From Syntrophales bacterium (GTDB taxonomy: Bacteria > Desulfobacterota > Syntrophia > Syntrophales > UBA2185), in assembly GCA_049512055.1 (NCBI GenBank), contig JBEKXK010000006.1:1-63878 (forward strand): a stretch of 63,878 bases of DNA, written 5' to 3'. The translations under genes were made by a program, and so were the position numbers. Of the stretch, positions 56,318-63,878 are shown piece by piece (position 1 is the first letter of the stretch; every line of letters starts with the position of its first letter). The notes below the pieces were generated by a model. It was not told the DNA's origin. It saw only the letters and a program-made list of their open reading frames with translations, and did not search any database.

Positions 56318-57292
56318 ATGAAAAGAAGCAAGGTCGTCAGTTTGAAAGAAGCAATGCAGGAAATACAGGAAGGTGATTGTCTCGTCATGGGCGGCGTGGT
56401 GGAGGATCGTCGTCCCATAGCCGCTGCCTTGGAACTGATACGGCAAGGCAAGAAAAATCTCATCATGCTGGCGGAGTGTTCGCTTTCGGAGGACATGCTC
56501 GTCGGTGCCGGTTGCGTCGCGGCGTATCGCGGCACCTACACAGCCATCGGGGCTTTCGGCATTTCTCCTTCACTGAAGAGAATGTCGGAGGCAGGCCGCA
56601 TCGTCATCGATGACATCGGCCACACGGATGTGTGTCTGGGCGCGATGGCAGCCATGGCGGGCGCGCCGTTCATCGCTTCGAGAACAACATTCGGAACGGA
56701 TGTGCTGAATCCCGCGTATGATAACGTGGCCAAGATCAGGGCATTGGCGAGAAACAAGGAGATGATCCCGGAGAAGAAGTATATTCTTATGGAGGATCCT
56801 TTCTACGGCCGCGGCACGGTCCAGCTCCATCCCGCAATGAAAGCGGACGTTCTCATCTGCCACGTCCAGTATGCGGGCGAGGAAGGAACGGCCCGGATCG
56901 ACGGCAGTCTGGTCTTCGACCATTTTGCCGCTCACGGAGCCGCAAAAGTCATTATTACGGCAGAGCAGGTCGTCCCTGAGGAATATCTCAGGCGTGACCC
57001 CAATCGCAATCAGATCCCCTGCACAAGTGTTGATATGGTCGTTGAGGTCCCTTGGGGTGGTCATCCGGGACAGGTTCTCAATTTTTATGACATGGATATT
57101 CCGTTCCTCATGGATTATGTCGGAAAAGCGAAAACGGAGGCGGGATTTAAAGAATGGGCCGATTCCTGGGTTTACGGGCTGAAAGGCCACGACGATTACC
57201 TGAATAAGCTGGGCGCTTCGCGCCTGGAAAAGTTGCGGGCCATACCGCCGTTCGGCTATCGTCCAAGACCGAAAGGAGGGACACAATCATGA
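56318..57292 (+). CDS. CoA-transferase alpha subunit (GctA-like), copy 2
   Basis: Colinear paralog of 55239-56246, sharing LAECSL.ED, DDIGH.D and NQIPCTSVDMVVE.PWGGHP. Confidence 0.88.
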   Translation: MKRSKVVSLKEAMQEIQEGDCLVMGGVVEDRRPIAAALELIRQGKKNLIMLAECSLSEDMLVGAGCVAAYRGTYTAIGAFGISPSLKRMSEAGRIVIDDIGHTDVCLGAMAAMAGAPFIASRTTFGTDVLNPAYDNVAKIRALARNKEMIPEKKYILMEDPFYGRGTVQLHPAMKADVLICHVQYAGEEGTARIDGSLVFDHFAAHGAAKVIITAEQVVPEEYLRRDPNRNQIPCTSVDMVVEVPWGGHPGQVLNFYDMDIPFLMDYVGKAKTEAGFKEWADSWVYGLKGHDDYLNKLGASRLEKLRAIPPFGYRPRPKGGTQS

Positions 57293-58095
57293 CAGAACAA
57301 TACGCAAAAGCGCAAGACTACAAGCCGACGGAGGCAATGGTTATTTACGGCGCCCGGATGCTGAGCGAATTTAACGGCAAGACCGGGATCATCGGGATTG
57401 GAGCGCCGCTTCTGGCAACACACCTGGCAAAGATACTTTATGCGCCGGACATGAAGATGATTGTGGAAACGGGTCAGGCGGATGCCGACCCGATCGAGGT
57501 GCCCCTGTCCATCATGGACAGTCGCCTGACCTATGGCTCGTCCTGGCAGATGGGTGACCCGGAAGGCCTGTTCCCTCTTATGCGGGGGGAAATCGACTTC
57601 GGTTTCATCGGAGGGGCGCAGATCGACAAATACGGCAGCCTGAACTCGACCTTTATCGGGACAGATTACAACAAGCCGACGAAGAGACTGGCCGGCACGG
57701 CGGGCGCAGTCGATATCGGCGGATTCGCCAAGGCGACAATTATCACCATGGCGCACCAGAAGCGCCGGGTATTGGAGAAGGTGGATTATCTCACCACGCC
57801 GGGCTGGATGGTGAAGAAATGGCCGGAAGGCAAGATGGTTAGAAGGGAAGAGATTGGTCTCCCCGGCGGCCCTATTGCATTCATTTCTTCCCTGGGGGTC
57901 ATGAGATTCGATGCGAAGACGAAGGTCATGTATGTGGAAAAATGTTTTCAAGGGGTGACGCCTGAAGCGATCAAGGAGAACACGGGTTTTGATATAGATA
58001 TCTCCCGCGCGACTGAGGCAGACCCCTTACTCATAGAGGAGCTGAAGGTCCTGAGGGAAAAGTGCGATCCCTTAAACATATACCGCACGCGATAA
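57289..58095 (+). CDS. CoA-transferase beta subunit (GctB-like)
   Basis: IGIGAP, IVETG (putative catalytic Glu), GFIGGAQIDKYGSLNST, VDYLTTPG, ENTGF. Confidence 0.9.
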   Translation: MTEQYAKAQDYKPTEAMVIYGARMLSEFNGKTGIIGIGAPLLATHLAKILYAPDMKMIVETGQADADPIEVPLSIMDSRLTYGSSWQMGDPEGLFPLMRGEIDFGFIGGAQIDKYGSLNSTFIGTDYNKPTKRLAGTAGAVDIGGFAKATIITMAHQKRRVLEKVDYLTTPGWMVKKWPEGKMVRREEIGLPGGPIAFISSLGVMRFDAKTKVMYVEKCFQGVTPEAIKENTGFDIDISRATEADPLLIEELKVLREKCDPLNIYRTR

Positions 58096-58256
58096 GCCGC
58101 TAAGAGGCATGGAGATGACGAGACAGGGTTGGGGCTCGGGTGCCGCGCATCGCGACCCGCGCGCCCGGCCCTAAGCTCATGGGACGGAATACCGTGTCCG
58201 GTCAGCCACCTTAAAGATATATAACCACTTCATAAATAATTTCCACTGGAGGACGT

Positions 58257-58895
58257 ATGCCGGCGGCACATAAAAATGTCAGGAAAGGCTCGGACAAATT
58301 GAATGCAAGGCCTTTGCCTGTCGGGGGTATCAAGATTAGAGAGGCCTTCAAAGCGCTCTTGGAAGAAAAGGAATTCAACGCGATTACGACTGCCCAGATC
58401 TCCAAGAAATCGGGTGTCAACGAAGCCCTCATCTATAAGTATTTTGGCGACAAGCGAGGGCTCTTGCATCAGGTGCTCGGGGACTATCTCGATGAATATC
58501 TTGGGGTGATGGAGTCGGAGCTGAAAGGGATCAAGGGCACCTTCAATAAATTGAAAAAGATCGTCTGGTCCCAGATGAACCTCTATGAGACGAAACGCGT
58601 GCTCGCCAAAATTCTCCTTCTGGAAGTGAGAAATTACCCGGGTTATTTCGAAAGCGAAAGCTATGGTCAGGTGAAGAGGTTCAGCCGAATCATAACGGAG
58701 ATTCTGAAGGAAGGCATAAAAAATGGTGAAATCCGCAACGACATACCGGTCACGTCCATGAGGCAGGTGATACTGGGCGGCATCGAGCACCTGTGCCTAC
58801 CGAAGATCATATATGGAAAGCCGTATTCTGCCAAGGAGCTCACAAAAGAATTATGCATGGCTGTATTTCAGGGAATAGCAAAGCGCCCTTCTTAA
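58257..58895 (+). CDS. TetR-family transcriptional regulator
   Basis: ITTAQISKKSGVNEALIYKYFGDK HTH; C-terminal EG..GEIR.D. Confidence 0.93.
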   Translation: MPAAHKNVRKGSDKLNARPLPVGGIKIREAFKALLEEKEFNAITTAQISKKSGVNEALIYKYFGDKRGLLHQVLGDYLDEYLGVMESELKGIKGTFNKLKKIVWSQMNLYETKRVLAKILLLEVRNYPGYFESESYGQVKRFSRIITEILKEGIKNGEIRNDIPVTSMRQVILGGIEHLCLPKIIYGKPYSAKELTKELCMAVFQGIAKRPS

Positions 58896-58958
58896 AAGAA
58901 CGAAGCGGGGAATCCACCACAATCGCTCCGCACCTTTCACAGAAGGAGATATGACAGC

Positions 58959-59888
58959 ATGAAGAACCGTATCATCGAACTCTTCAATATCAAATATCCC
59001 ATTGCTCTGGGGGGAATGGCGGGCGTGACGGATGCCAAACTGGCCGCCGCAGTCAGTGAGGCGGGAGGGCTCGGCACAATTGCCGGCGCCACGGAGTCCG
59101 CCGAGAGCTTAGCTGTGGAAATCCGTCGTCTGCGGGATATGACGGCGCTTCCCTTTGCGGTGAATATTCCACTCATAGCTCCTCAGTCAAAAGAGCTGAT
59201 TCAGGTGGTGATTGAAAAAAAGGTTCCCGTCGTAATCACCGCCGCGGGCAGTCCCGCGGTCTTCACCGCAGCGCTGAAGCAGGCAGGCAGCCGCGTGGTG
59301 CATGTCATACCCTGCGTTGATGCAGCGAAGAAGGCGGAAGGCGCCGGGGTCGATGCCGTCATTGCCGAAGGTTTCGAATCCGGGGGATTTGCGTCTCCTT
59401 TTGAAATCGGCACCCTTGCCTTGATTCCGCAGGTCGTTGATGCCGTCCGGATACCGGTCCTTGCAGCCGGCGGCGTAGTCGATGCGCGGGGATATGCGGC
59501 CTGCCGCATTCTTGGCGCGGACGGTGTCAGCGTGGGTACGGCTTTTCTCGCCACGGTGGAATGCACCAAAATAGGCAGTGCATGGCGGGAACAAATTTTA
59601 AGTGGAAGGGACGTTTCCACGAAAATCCTGGCCAGAGGAATCGCGCCGCTCAGGATGCTTGTAAATCGATGGACGGATGAATTGGAAAAACTTATCTCTA
59701 CAGGCGTGACAAAAAAAGATATCATGAAATTTATTTTTTCCGGCGACCCGATGAGCACCGAGGATGGCCCTTTTGCCTGCGGGCAGGCGGTTGGCCTGAT
59801 TCGGAGAATTTGTACTGTGAAGGAAGTCATGGACGATTTCGTCGTTGGCTCCGAGGAACTACTGAAAAAAATGGCAGTGAGAGATTAG
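58959..59888 (+). CDS. FabK/nitronate monooxygenase-family flavoprotein
   Basis: YPIALGGM, AVSEAGGLG, PFAVN, IAEGFESGG, LAAGGV.D, GQAVG. Confidence 0.9.
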   Translation: MKNRIIELFNIKYPIALGGMAGVTDAKLAAAVSEAGGLGTIAGATESAESLAVEIRRLRDMTALPFAVNIPLIAPQSKELIQVVIEKKVPVVITAAGSPAVFTAALKQAGSRVVHVIPCVDAAKKAEGAGVDAVIAEGFESGGFASPFEIGTLALIPQVVDAVRIPVLAAGGVVDARGYAACRILGADGVSVGTAFLATVECTKIGSAWREQILSGRDVSTKILARGIAPLRMLVNRWTDELEKLISTGVTKKDIMKFIFSGDPMSTEDGPFACGQAVGLIRRICTVKEVMDDFVVGSEELLKKMAVRD

Positions 59889-60045
59889 GGTACAAGATCA
59901 TACAAAAACATTTTGTTCTGCAATGTTGTGATGCTTCTAAATGCATCTGAGCAATTGAGACCGATTAAGTCCCGGCCAATCTTTCTTCCTGTACTGTTGT
60001 TTTTCTGATTCAGACAACCCGTACTACACTTCACTCGGTAATCGC

Positions 60046-60094
60046 CAAAAAACCGCAGAACTCTAAATGAAAATGTGATACATGTTCTGGAGGC
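60046..60094 (+). repeat. 49-bp direct repeat, copy 1
   Basis: CAAAAAACCGCAGAACTCTAA... matches 61529-61577 at 42 of 49 nt. Confidence 0.8.
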
Positions 60095-60156
60095 TACAGC
60101 CATATCTTCATTGATTGAGTCTTATAAATCAGGATGCTGACAAAATCGAGGATGCC

Positions 60157-61461
60157 ATGACCCATCACTTGGTAAAGTCGGGCTATACATCTCTAGTAGA
60201 CCGTATTAATCGTTTTCCCCAGGGGGCACCCCCATCTGATACTCTCTATAAAATCCTGAAGGTTCTCTTCAGCGAAAAAGATGCTGCCCTTGTATCTCTT
60301 CTTCCAATAAAACCATTCACGGTGGAGAAGGCTGCCCGTATTTGGAAGATGAAGCCATCGGATGCTCAGAAAATTTTAGATGACCTTGCAGATCGAGCAA
60401 TTCTTCTCGACATGGAGGAAAATGGAAAGCAAGCCTATGTTCTACCACCGCCGATGGCCGGGTTTTTCGAGTTTTCCCTCATGCGACTCCGCGGAGATAT
60501 TGATCAGAAGGCACTAAGCGAATTTTTTTATCAGTATCTTAATGTGGAAGAGGACTTCATCAAAGCTCTTTTTACGGAAGGAGAAACACAGTTAGGTCGA
60601 GTGTTCGTTCACGAACCGGCCCTTTCCCCTGAAATCAGCTTATGCGTTCTGGAATATGAACGAGCCACAGAGGTCATAAAAACGGCATCATGCAGGGGCA
60701 TCAGCATCTGTTATTGCCGTCATAAAATGCAGCATCTCGACCGCGATTGTAATGCACCGAAGGAGATCTGCATGACCTTTAACGTGGCTGCACAGTCTTT
60801 GATTAAGCACGGTCATGCTCGGCCGGTTAGTGCGGAGGAATGTCTGGACTTGCTCAACGTCGCTTATGATCAAAAGCTGGTTCAGTTCGGTTCCAATGTC
60901 CGTGAGAAAGTACATTTCATCTGTAACTGCTGTGGCTGCTGCTGTGAGGCCATGATCGCCGCCAGGCGCTTTGGCCTTCTGCATCCCGTTCATACTACAA
61001 ATTTTCTGCCGGAGATTCAGGAAGGAGGCTGCACGGGTTGCGGTCATTGTGTCAACGTTTGTCCCGTGGAAGCCATGAGCCTTGTTTCGGCTAACAATCC
61101 CCGCAATCCTAAAAATAAAAAATCCCAATTGCGTGAGGAAGCATGCCTAGGTTGTGGTCTGTGTGCGAGGGTCTGTCAGGGAAATCACATTGCATTAAAA
61201 TTACGTTCCCAACGAGTCATAACACCACTTAGCTCCGTTCATCTCGCGGTTGTAATGGCCGTCGAAAGAGGGAAACTACAGAATCTCATTTTCGATAATC
61301 GGGCTCTTCTCAGCCATAGGGCAATGGCGGCTATTCTGGGTGTCATCCTTAAGCTCCCCGCCGTTAAACAAACAATGGCAAACCGCCAATTGAAGTCGAG
61401 ATACCTTGAAACTCTGGTCAGACGAATGAATCTGGACAGTAAACATCTTCCGACAGAGTAA
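60157..61461 (+). CDS. 4Fe-4S dicluster protein with an additional Cys-rich domain
   Basis: CYCR, C...C, ICNCCGCCC, CTGCGHC...CP, CLGCGLC...C. Start ATG 60157 behind GAGG. Confidence 0.88.
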   Translation: MTHHLVKSGYTSLVDRINRFPQGAPPSDTLYKILKVLFSEKDAALVSLLPIKPFTVEKAARIWKMKPSDAQKILDDLADRAILLDMEENGKQAYVLPPPMAGFFEFSLMRLRGDIDQKALSEFFYQYLNVEEDFIKALFTEGETQLGRVFVHEPALSPEISLCVLEYERATEVIKTASCRGISICYCRHKMQHLDRDCNAPKEICMTFNVAAQSLIKHGHARPVSAEECLDLLNVAYDQKLVQFGSNVREKVHFICNCCGCCCEAMIAARRFGLLHPVHTTNFLPEIQEGGCTGCGHCVNVCPVEAMSLVSANNPRNPKNKKSQLREEACLGCGLCARVCQGNHIALKLRSQRVITPLSSVHLAVVMAVERGKLQNLIFDNRALLSHRAMAAILGVILKLPAVKQTMANRQLKSRYLETLVRRMNLDSKHLPTE

Positions 61462-61528
61462 ACATTATTTCCTGTAACTGCGTTTTTCTAATTCTGACAA
61501 TATATACAACATATCAATCGATAATAAT

Positions 61529-61577
61529 CAAAAAACCGCAGAACTCTAACTTAACATGTGGTGCATGTTCAGGTGGC
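61529..61577 (+). repeat. 49-bp direct repeat, copy 2
   Basis: See 60046-60094. The first 21 nt are identical. Confidence 0.8.
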
Positions 61578-61756
61578 AGGTTAATGTTGTAAAAGCACGT
61601 CCACACCATGTACATATTACCGTGAGAGCAATTCATAGAGTTTTGCATTAAAGAAAAGGTTCTCACGCCCGAGCATATTTTATGGCAGTATTTCATTGAC
61701 ATACAAGATTGGTTTCTCTATTTTTTTTATATTTCTTTTCACAGAAAGTGAGCCAA

Positions 61757-63679
61757 ATGAACCCACCAAGTAAAAACCTGATAAGATTTTTAAGGAGGGT
61801 GATCTCCGGAGGGATGCCGGAAAATCCGGACATTGAAACTCAGCTCAGGGTCCGGGTGATGAATATCATCAGTATTCTGACCATATTAATCCTTATCGTT
61901 TTCGGGCTGACCGCCCTAAAGAAGGGGAACCCTTTGACGACCCTCTTTGATTTATCGGTCGCCTTTATCTTCATTGTCACTCAGATTTATTGGAGAAGAA
62001 CGAGGCGTTATGATTATCCTATATATTTCTGGGTCAGCTCTACGGGTGTGCTCTTTATTTATCTGTATATTAGCGGGGGAGTAGATAATACCGGTCATCT
62101 TTGGGGTTATATTTTTCCTCTCGTTGCCGCTTTCCTTCTGGGTCCCAGATGGGGAGCCATTGCCATCCTCGCCTTCCTGGCATCCTTGATATTATTGTGG
62201 ATGGTGCAACTTTCACAGGGCTTGAACCTTTATTCAGAAGGCTTCACCGTCCGATTCATCGCGTCCTTTTCCATCATTTCGTTTTCAGCATGTTTTTACG
62301 AACGCTTCAGACGAGAAACGCAAGAGCATCTGACAATCAGCAACCTGGAACTGGATAAGCAGATCACCAAACTTAAAGAGACGGAAGAAGCGCTAGAGAA
62401 AAATCAGGATGAACTGGAACAGCGGGTCAGGGACCGAACGGCGGAACTCACCCTGGCCAATACGATACTTCTCCGGGAAATCGATGAACGACAGCAACTG
62501 GAAAATCGACTGGCGGAAAACGAGGAGCGCCTGCAGCGAGCGGAGAAGATGGAAGCACTGGGAACCCTGGCAGGCGGCGTCGCCCACGATCTCAACAATG
62601 TACTGGGCATTGTCGTCGGCTATGCGGAGCTGCTCCTGATGGATCAGGATGAATCAAGCTCAATCAGACCCAATCTCCTGAACATCATGTCGGGAAGCCA
62701 GAGGGCTGCTGCGATTGTTCAGGATCTGCTAACCCTGGCGAGAAGGGGCGTCTCCGGCAGAAAAGTCCTTAATCTGAACAGGATCGTTGTTGACTCTCAA
62801 CAGTCGCCGGAGTTTGAGAATTTATCCTCCTATCATCCCTCTACAAAGATCAGGACAGAACTTGAACCGGATCTGCTGAACATATCCGGTTCTTCCGTGC
62901 ACCTTGGCAAGACCTTATTCAATATGGTTTCGAATGCGACTGAGGCCATGCCGAATGGCGGCACTGTGACCATCAACACGACCAATCAGTATCTGGACAA
63001 GCCGATTCAGGGATATGAAGAGATTCAGGAAGGAGACTATGTTGTTCTTTCCGTCTCCGATACGGGGGAAGGCATATCAGCGACCGATCTGAAACACATC
63101 TTTGAGCCGTTTTACACAAAGAAGGTGATGGGGAGAAGCGGAACAGGCCTGGGGTTGGCGGTGGTCTGGGGTACGGTGAAGGATCATAATGGATACATTA
63201 ACGTGAAGAGCGAAGAAGGGAAAGGGAGTACCTTTACCCTCTATTTTCCCGCAACGAGGGAAGATATTTCTGCTGAAGCTGCTGCCGTATCAATATCCGA
63301 ATACATAGGGCATGGCGAATCTATTCTCATTGTGGATGATGTAAAGGGGCAGCGCGACCTCGCGGCCACGATGCTGAGGAAACTGAATTACAATGTAGCG
63401 AGTGTTTCCAGTGGTGAAGAGGCGGTGGCTTACCTGAAAGAACATAATGTTGATTTGATGGTTCTGGACATGATTATGGATCCTGGCATGGATGGACTTG
63501 ATACCTACAAGAAGGTCCTTGAGATTCATCCCCAGCAGAAGGCGATAATCGCGAGCGGATTTTCGGAGACGGATCGCGTGATTACCGCCCAGACCCTCGG
63601 TGTCGGCGCCTATGTCAGAAAGCCCTATGTCATAGAGAAACTGGGACTGGCCGTAAAGAATGAACTGGATCGGACATAG
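61757..63679 (+). CDS. Membrane-bound hybrid histidine kinase (multi-TM sensor, HisKA, HATPase, REC)
   Basis: About 5-6 TMs, ELEQRV..RT.EL coiled coil, AHDLNN, DTGEG, GTGLG, REC (IVDD, LDMIM, KP). Confidence 0.93.
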   Translation: MNPPSKNLIRFLRRVISGGMPENPDIETQLRVRVMNIISILTILILIVFGLTALKKGNPLTTLFDLSVAFIFIVTQIYWRRTRRYDYPIYFWVSSTGVLFIYLYISGGVDNTGHLWGYIFPLVAAFLLGPRWGAIAILAFLASLILLWMVQLSQGLNLYSEGFTVRFIASFSIISFSACFYERFRRETQEHLTISNLELDKQITKLKETEEALEKNQDELEQRVRDRTAELTLANTILLREIDERQQLENRLAENEERLQRAEKMEALGTLAGGVAHDLNNVLGIVVGYAELLLMDQDESSSIRPNLLNIMSGSQRAAAIVQDLLTLARRGVSGRKVLNLNRIVVDSQQSPEFENLSSYHPSTKIRTELEPDLLNISGSSVHLGKTLFNMVSNATEAMPNGGTVTINTTNQYLDKPIQGYEEIQEGDYVVLSVSDTGEGISATDLKHIFEPFYTKKVMGRSGTGLGLAVVWGTVKDHNGYINVKSEEGKGSTFTLYFPATREDISAEAAAVSISEYIGHGESILIVDDVKGQRDLAATMLRKLNYNVASVSSGEEAVAYLKEHNVDLMVLDMIMDPGMDGLDTYKKVLEIHPQQKAIIASGFSETDRVITAQTLGVGAYVRKPYVIEKLGLAVKNELDRT

Positions 63680-63761
63680 TTAGCAGCAGGTTAACCGTTA
63701 CAAACAGTATTCATTGTTTTTTTAGAGTTGCTCTTTTGCGGACTTGTAGGTGGCGTCAATA

Positions 63762-63878
63762 GTGCGCCGTGAAAAGGCGCTGTTTTTCAACGGGAGCGAA
63801 TCCCGTCCGGCAACTTTCGCTCCAGCCGGTAGCAATCAGGGCAGTCGTGGAGGCAACGAAGCGGCTGAAGCCTCTGAT
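63762..63878 (+). mobile_element. 5' end of a group II intron, truncated by the window edge
   Basis: GTGCG 5' consensus, hairpin ACGGGAGCGAATCCCGT, CCGG...GCTCCAGCCGG, and GTCGTGGAGGCAACGAAGCGGC with a GNRA loop. All are typical of domain I. Confidence 0.75.

Noticed and set aside
58125-58172. GC-rich hairpin between gctB and tetR as a terminator or ncRNA
   Set aside because: Imperfect stem, no U-tract and a single occurrence. At most an mRNA-stabilising structure.
1-63878. CRISPR array, tRNA, rRNA or recognisable riboswitch
   Set aside because: No regularly spaced repeat-spacer run and no recognisable structural RNA signature seen by eye. A tRNAscan/Rfam scan is needed to exclude weak cases.

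Overview
A 63.9-kb chromosomal window from an anaerobic deltaproteobacterium, most like Syntrophales/Desulfobacterota (inferred from gene content and repeat types). In order it holds: a TolC/HlyD/ABC exporter operon; an Smr gene; a decaying accessory patch at about 7.9-16.1 kb; glycerophosphodiester phosphodiesterase, a TorF-like porin and pncB; a reverse operon moaC, membrane protein, Fis-like HTH, atypical GlmU-like, giant GlmS-like, pyrG; comM and ilvE; a DARS-like DnaA-box cluster; lolA; a glycogen operon with a GH57 pseudo-enzyme and a GT3 synthase-GT35 phosphorylase fusion; proA-nadD-TPM-NTase-lemA; a TetR-linked beta-oxidation cluster with two CoA-transferase alpha subunits; an Fe-S protein; a second hybrid kinase; and the 5' end of a group II intron. 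The accessory patch contains a nuclease-like gene, a frameshifted type IIG restriction-modification gene, an orphan HicB, a multi-PAS hybrid kinase split by an in-frame TAA, an attC-like relic and duplicated gene fragments. Several REP-like and IS200/IS605-like miniature repeats are dispersed through the window. No rRNA, tRNA or CRISPR array was seen. The best candidates for undescribed biology are the non-canonical GlmS/GlmU pair, the DARS-like element, the TPM-NTase-LemA module and the fused glycogen synthase-phosphorylase with its catalytically incomplete GH57. All calls come from reading motifs by eye; no database search was run.
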